From Phyllobates terribilis (taxonomy: Eukaryota): a stretch of DNA of 64,000 nt. The stretch spans positions 200,756,001 through 200,820,000 of the forward strand of contig NW_027362773.1 of assembly GCF_046119375.1 (NCBI RefSeq). The letters run 5' to 3'. The position numbers were made by a program, and so were the translations under genes. The notes under the pieces were generated by a model. The model was not told the DNA's origin. It ran no database searches and saw nothing but the letters and a program-made list of their open reading frames with translations. Below are positions 60,957 through 64,000 of this stretch, in pieces (the stretch's first letter is position 1; every line of letters begins with the position of its first letter).

Positions 60957-62442
60957 ATGGTCAGTAAAAATAACACTTCCGTTCGCATTGCGTTTTTACG
61001 TTTTGCTGGGGTGTTTTCTCACGGTAATACCACCTGTCAGGGTCGTTCGATTGAGTTTCAGGTAATGGTGGATTGTGGTTCTGGACTTAATTTGATTGAT
61101 CAACAATTTCTTGAAAAGTATAAGTTCAGTTCTGAACCTTTGTCGTCTCCTTTTCCTGTGGTGGCGATTGATAATACTCCCCTGGAGTATGGGAGCATTC
61201 TTCGAAAGGTCGCTGGGTTTCCGCTTACTATGAATATGGAACATCAGGAGCAGATTGACTTATTTGTACTTGCTAAATTGCCTTCCTCGGTCATCCTGGG
61301 GTTGCCCTGGTTAAAAGTGTATAATCCTTTGCTGGACTGGTTGTCTGGTTCCATAAGATCCCGGGGTCAGGGGTGTTATGGTAAGTGTTGTAATGTTCAC
61401 ATTGCGGCTGTTGTGAAGGAGGAGTTACTTGAACCCATTCAGGATTTTTGGAGGGTTTTTTCGGAGGTGGAGTCGAAAGCTTTACCACCTCATAGAGAAT
61501 ACGATTGCGCTATTGAATTCGTCCCTGATGCTAAGCTCCCAAAGAATCGGTTGGTTAATCTGACAATTCCCCAGAGAGAGGCTATGAAAGAATACCTTCA
61601 GACTAGTTTAGCTGCATGTCACATAAGATCCTCTAAGTCTCCTGTGGCGGTTGGGTTCTTTTTTGTCAAAAAGAAGGATGGGGGTCTTAGACTATATCTG
61701 GATTTTCGGGAGATTAATAAGATCACTGTGCGCAATTCTTACCCGTTACCACTTATTTCGGATTTGTTTAACCAATTGACCGGAGCTAAATGGTTTTCTA
61801 AGATTGACCTTCGTGGGGCATATAATTTGCTGCGAGTGAAGGATGGTGATGAATGGATGACAGCTTTTAACACCCTGGAAGGTCATTTTGAGTGTATGGT
61901 GATGCCTTTTGGGCTTACTAACGCTTCTGCATTTTTTCAAAATTTCATCAGTGACATTCTGAGACCCTTGATCGGTAGGAGTGTTATTGTTTATCTGGAT
62001 GATATTTTGATTTATTCATTGGATCTTGAGTCTCTTTGGCAGAGAGTCCGCAAAGTTCTTCAGATACTGAGAGATAGCACATTCTTTGCTAAATTGGAGA
62101 AGTGTCAGTTTCCTGTCCAGAAAATTAGTTTTTTTGGGTACTTTGTCTCTTGTGATGGTTTTGAGATGGACCCGGTGAAAGTTCAGGCTGTACTGGAGTG
62201 GCCTAGGCCTGAAGGTTTGAAGTCCGTACAGAGGTTTTTGGGGTTTGTCAATTATTACAGGAAATTCATAAAGAATTTCTCTGTCATCTCTAAACCCATT
62301 ACTGATCTCACCAAGAAGGGTTCTAATACAGTCCAATGGTCCACTGAGGCTATTGAGGCTTTTGAGTATCTCAAGGAGAGGTTCAGCTCTGCTCCTGTTC
62401 TTATCCAGATGGATGAGACCAAGCCATTTTTGGTTGAGGTGG
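60957..62442 (+). pseudogene. pol: Gypsy-2 pol remnant (protease, RT, start of RNase H)
   Basis: VMVDCGSGLNLI, LRLYLDFREIN, MPFGLTNA, YLDDILIY. Confidence 0.85.
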
Positions 62443-63662
62443 TTGTTCTTCCCTAGACATCACCCCTACCCTAATACAAAATACCAAGGATTGTTTGTCT
62501 GCTGTGTCTAGCATCATGTCCTCCCTCTATCTCAAACGGAATCTCTCCAAAACTGAACTTCTTGTGTTTCCCCCATCTACTAACCGAACTCTACCTAACA
62601 TCGAAATTACCTTGGAGGGGTCAACCATAACTCCCAAGCAGCACGCCCGCTGCCTTGGGGTCATATTCGACACTAACCTTTCCTTTACCCCCTATATCCG
62701 ATCACTCACTCGCTCTTGTCACCTGCATCTTAAAAACATCTCCAGAATCCGATCTTTTCTCACTTTGGAAACTGCTAAAACTCTTACTGTCGCTCTTATT
62801 CACTCTCGTCTGGACTACTGCAACTCTCTTCTGATCGGTCTCCCTCTTACCAAAATTTCCCCTCTCCAATCTGTCCTGAATGCGGCAGCCAGGGTCGTAT
62901 TTCTGTCCAGCCGCTTCACCGATGCCTCCACCGTGTGCCAGTCATTACACTGGTTACCCATTCGCTACAGGGTCCAATATAAACTCATTGCTCTCACCCA
63001 CAAAGCTCTCCACAGTTCTGCACCACCTTATATCTCCTCTCTCATCTCAGTCTATCGTCCTACACGTGCCCTCCGTTCCACAAATGACCTAAGGCTAACA
63101 TCCCCCATAATCCGAACCTCGCACCTCCGTCTCCAAGACTACTCTCGTGCTGCGCCAGTTCTCTGGAATGCTCTACCCCAGACGATCCGATTGATGCCTA
63201 GCCCCGATGTCTTCAAGCGCGCTTTAAAAACCCATCTCTTTAAACAAGCTTACCATCTCAAATACCCAGTAAACTAACTTTCCCCTGTTCCCTCCTGAAT
63301 ACTACTCAGAATCTGCCCCCTACTGTTCATCTGTTTCTACACCCTCCATGCACACGATAACTGCACTCGGTAATTGAGTATTGCACTTTAACATACAGGC
63401 TGATGACCGGATCATACAGCTTTATATGATAATCCCAACTTATTATAATTGCCTGACCTGAAATAACAAGCACTTTCCACCTATTGTGTCCCCCCATTTC
63501 CGCGTAGAATGTAAGCTTGCGAGCAGGGACCTCACTCCTGATGTAACTGTTAAACTGTCTCACCTTGTATTGAATTTATTGTTTGTACATGTCCCTGCTT
63601 AATTGTAAAGTGCTGCGGAATATGTTGCCGCTATATAAATAAAAATTATTATTATTATTATT
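62443..63662 (+). mobile_element. 5'-truncated L2-clade LINE
   Basis: ORF 62495-63277 has SKTELLVF, RCLGVIFD, SRLDYCNSLL and LHWLP. The 3' end GCGGAATATGTTGCCGCTATATAAATAAA is followed by an (ATT)n tail. Confidence 0.9.
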
Positions 63663-64000
63663 ATGCCTCATCTATAGGCGTAGGGGCAGTTCTGTCCCAG
63701 GAGGGAGAGGATGGGGTGCATCACTGAGCTTTCTTTTCAAAAAAAATTTGGGAATCGTGAGTTGTTGGCTATTAAACTCGCGTTCGAGCATTGGCGACAT
63801 TTTCTGGAGGGGGCTCGACATCCTATACAGGTTTTCACTGATCATAAGAATTTGATTTATCTGGACGCAGCTAAACGTTTGAATGCCCGTCAGGCTAGGT
63901 GGGCACTGTTTTTTGCCCGGTTCAATTTTTCCGTAACCTTTGTCCCGGGGACAAAGAATGTTAAGGCTGCGGTTTGTCTCGTAGTTTCTCTCCAGCGGTG

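Larger units (their letters stand above)
50533..64000 (+). mobile_element. Degenerate Ty3/Gypsy element (5' LTR 50533-51179, gag remnant, pol), running off the window
   Basis: TGTTAG...TAACA LTR. Gag remnant IIMSLLRKEPQIWVSSLTP|DDHCLRSVEAFFDAMG rejoins across hAT-A copy 2. pol has VDCGSG and YLDDILIY; RNase H continues after the L2. Confidence 0.88.

Overview
This is eukaryotic, transposon-saturated genomic DNA with one N gap (34334-34852). The repeat repertoire suggests a frog (inference). No host gene could be identified with confidence, and there is no CRISPR array or tRNA gene. Three large nested elements dominate. (1) hAT family A occurs as two about 99% identical copies in the same orientation (661-11373, TSD GTCATTAA; 51537-60434, TSD CTCCTGAT). 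Copy 1 encodes an intact-looking 1233-aa BED/DDE transposase. Both copies carry a 110-bp tandem array and the same 3' cargo: an L1 RT fragment, a solo LTR and an antisense 18S rRNA-derived fragment of about 270 bp. Copy 2 lost 2223 bp between internal direct repeats and makes a C-terminally truncated transposase. (2) An old hAT family B element (16731-32563, TSD TTACTGTC) contains a recent, nearly intact chromoviral Gypsy (21131-27544), a Tc1 and a solo LTR. The Gypsy shows a Tf1/sushi-type self-priming signal and a PEG10-like GGGAAAC frameshift with a predicted pseudoknot. (3) A degenerate Gypsy (50533 to the window end) is interrupted by hAT-A copy 2 and an L2 LINE. Also present: a Tc1 with a full-length DD34E ORF, a Tc1 whose right TIR has been rearranged into a hairpin, a 1.1-kb fold-back palindrome, several MITEs, and a Penelope-like palindrome with a degenerate hammerhead ribozyme core on each strand. 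All alignments, identities and motif calls were made by eye; no searches were run.
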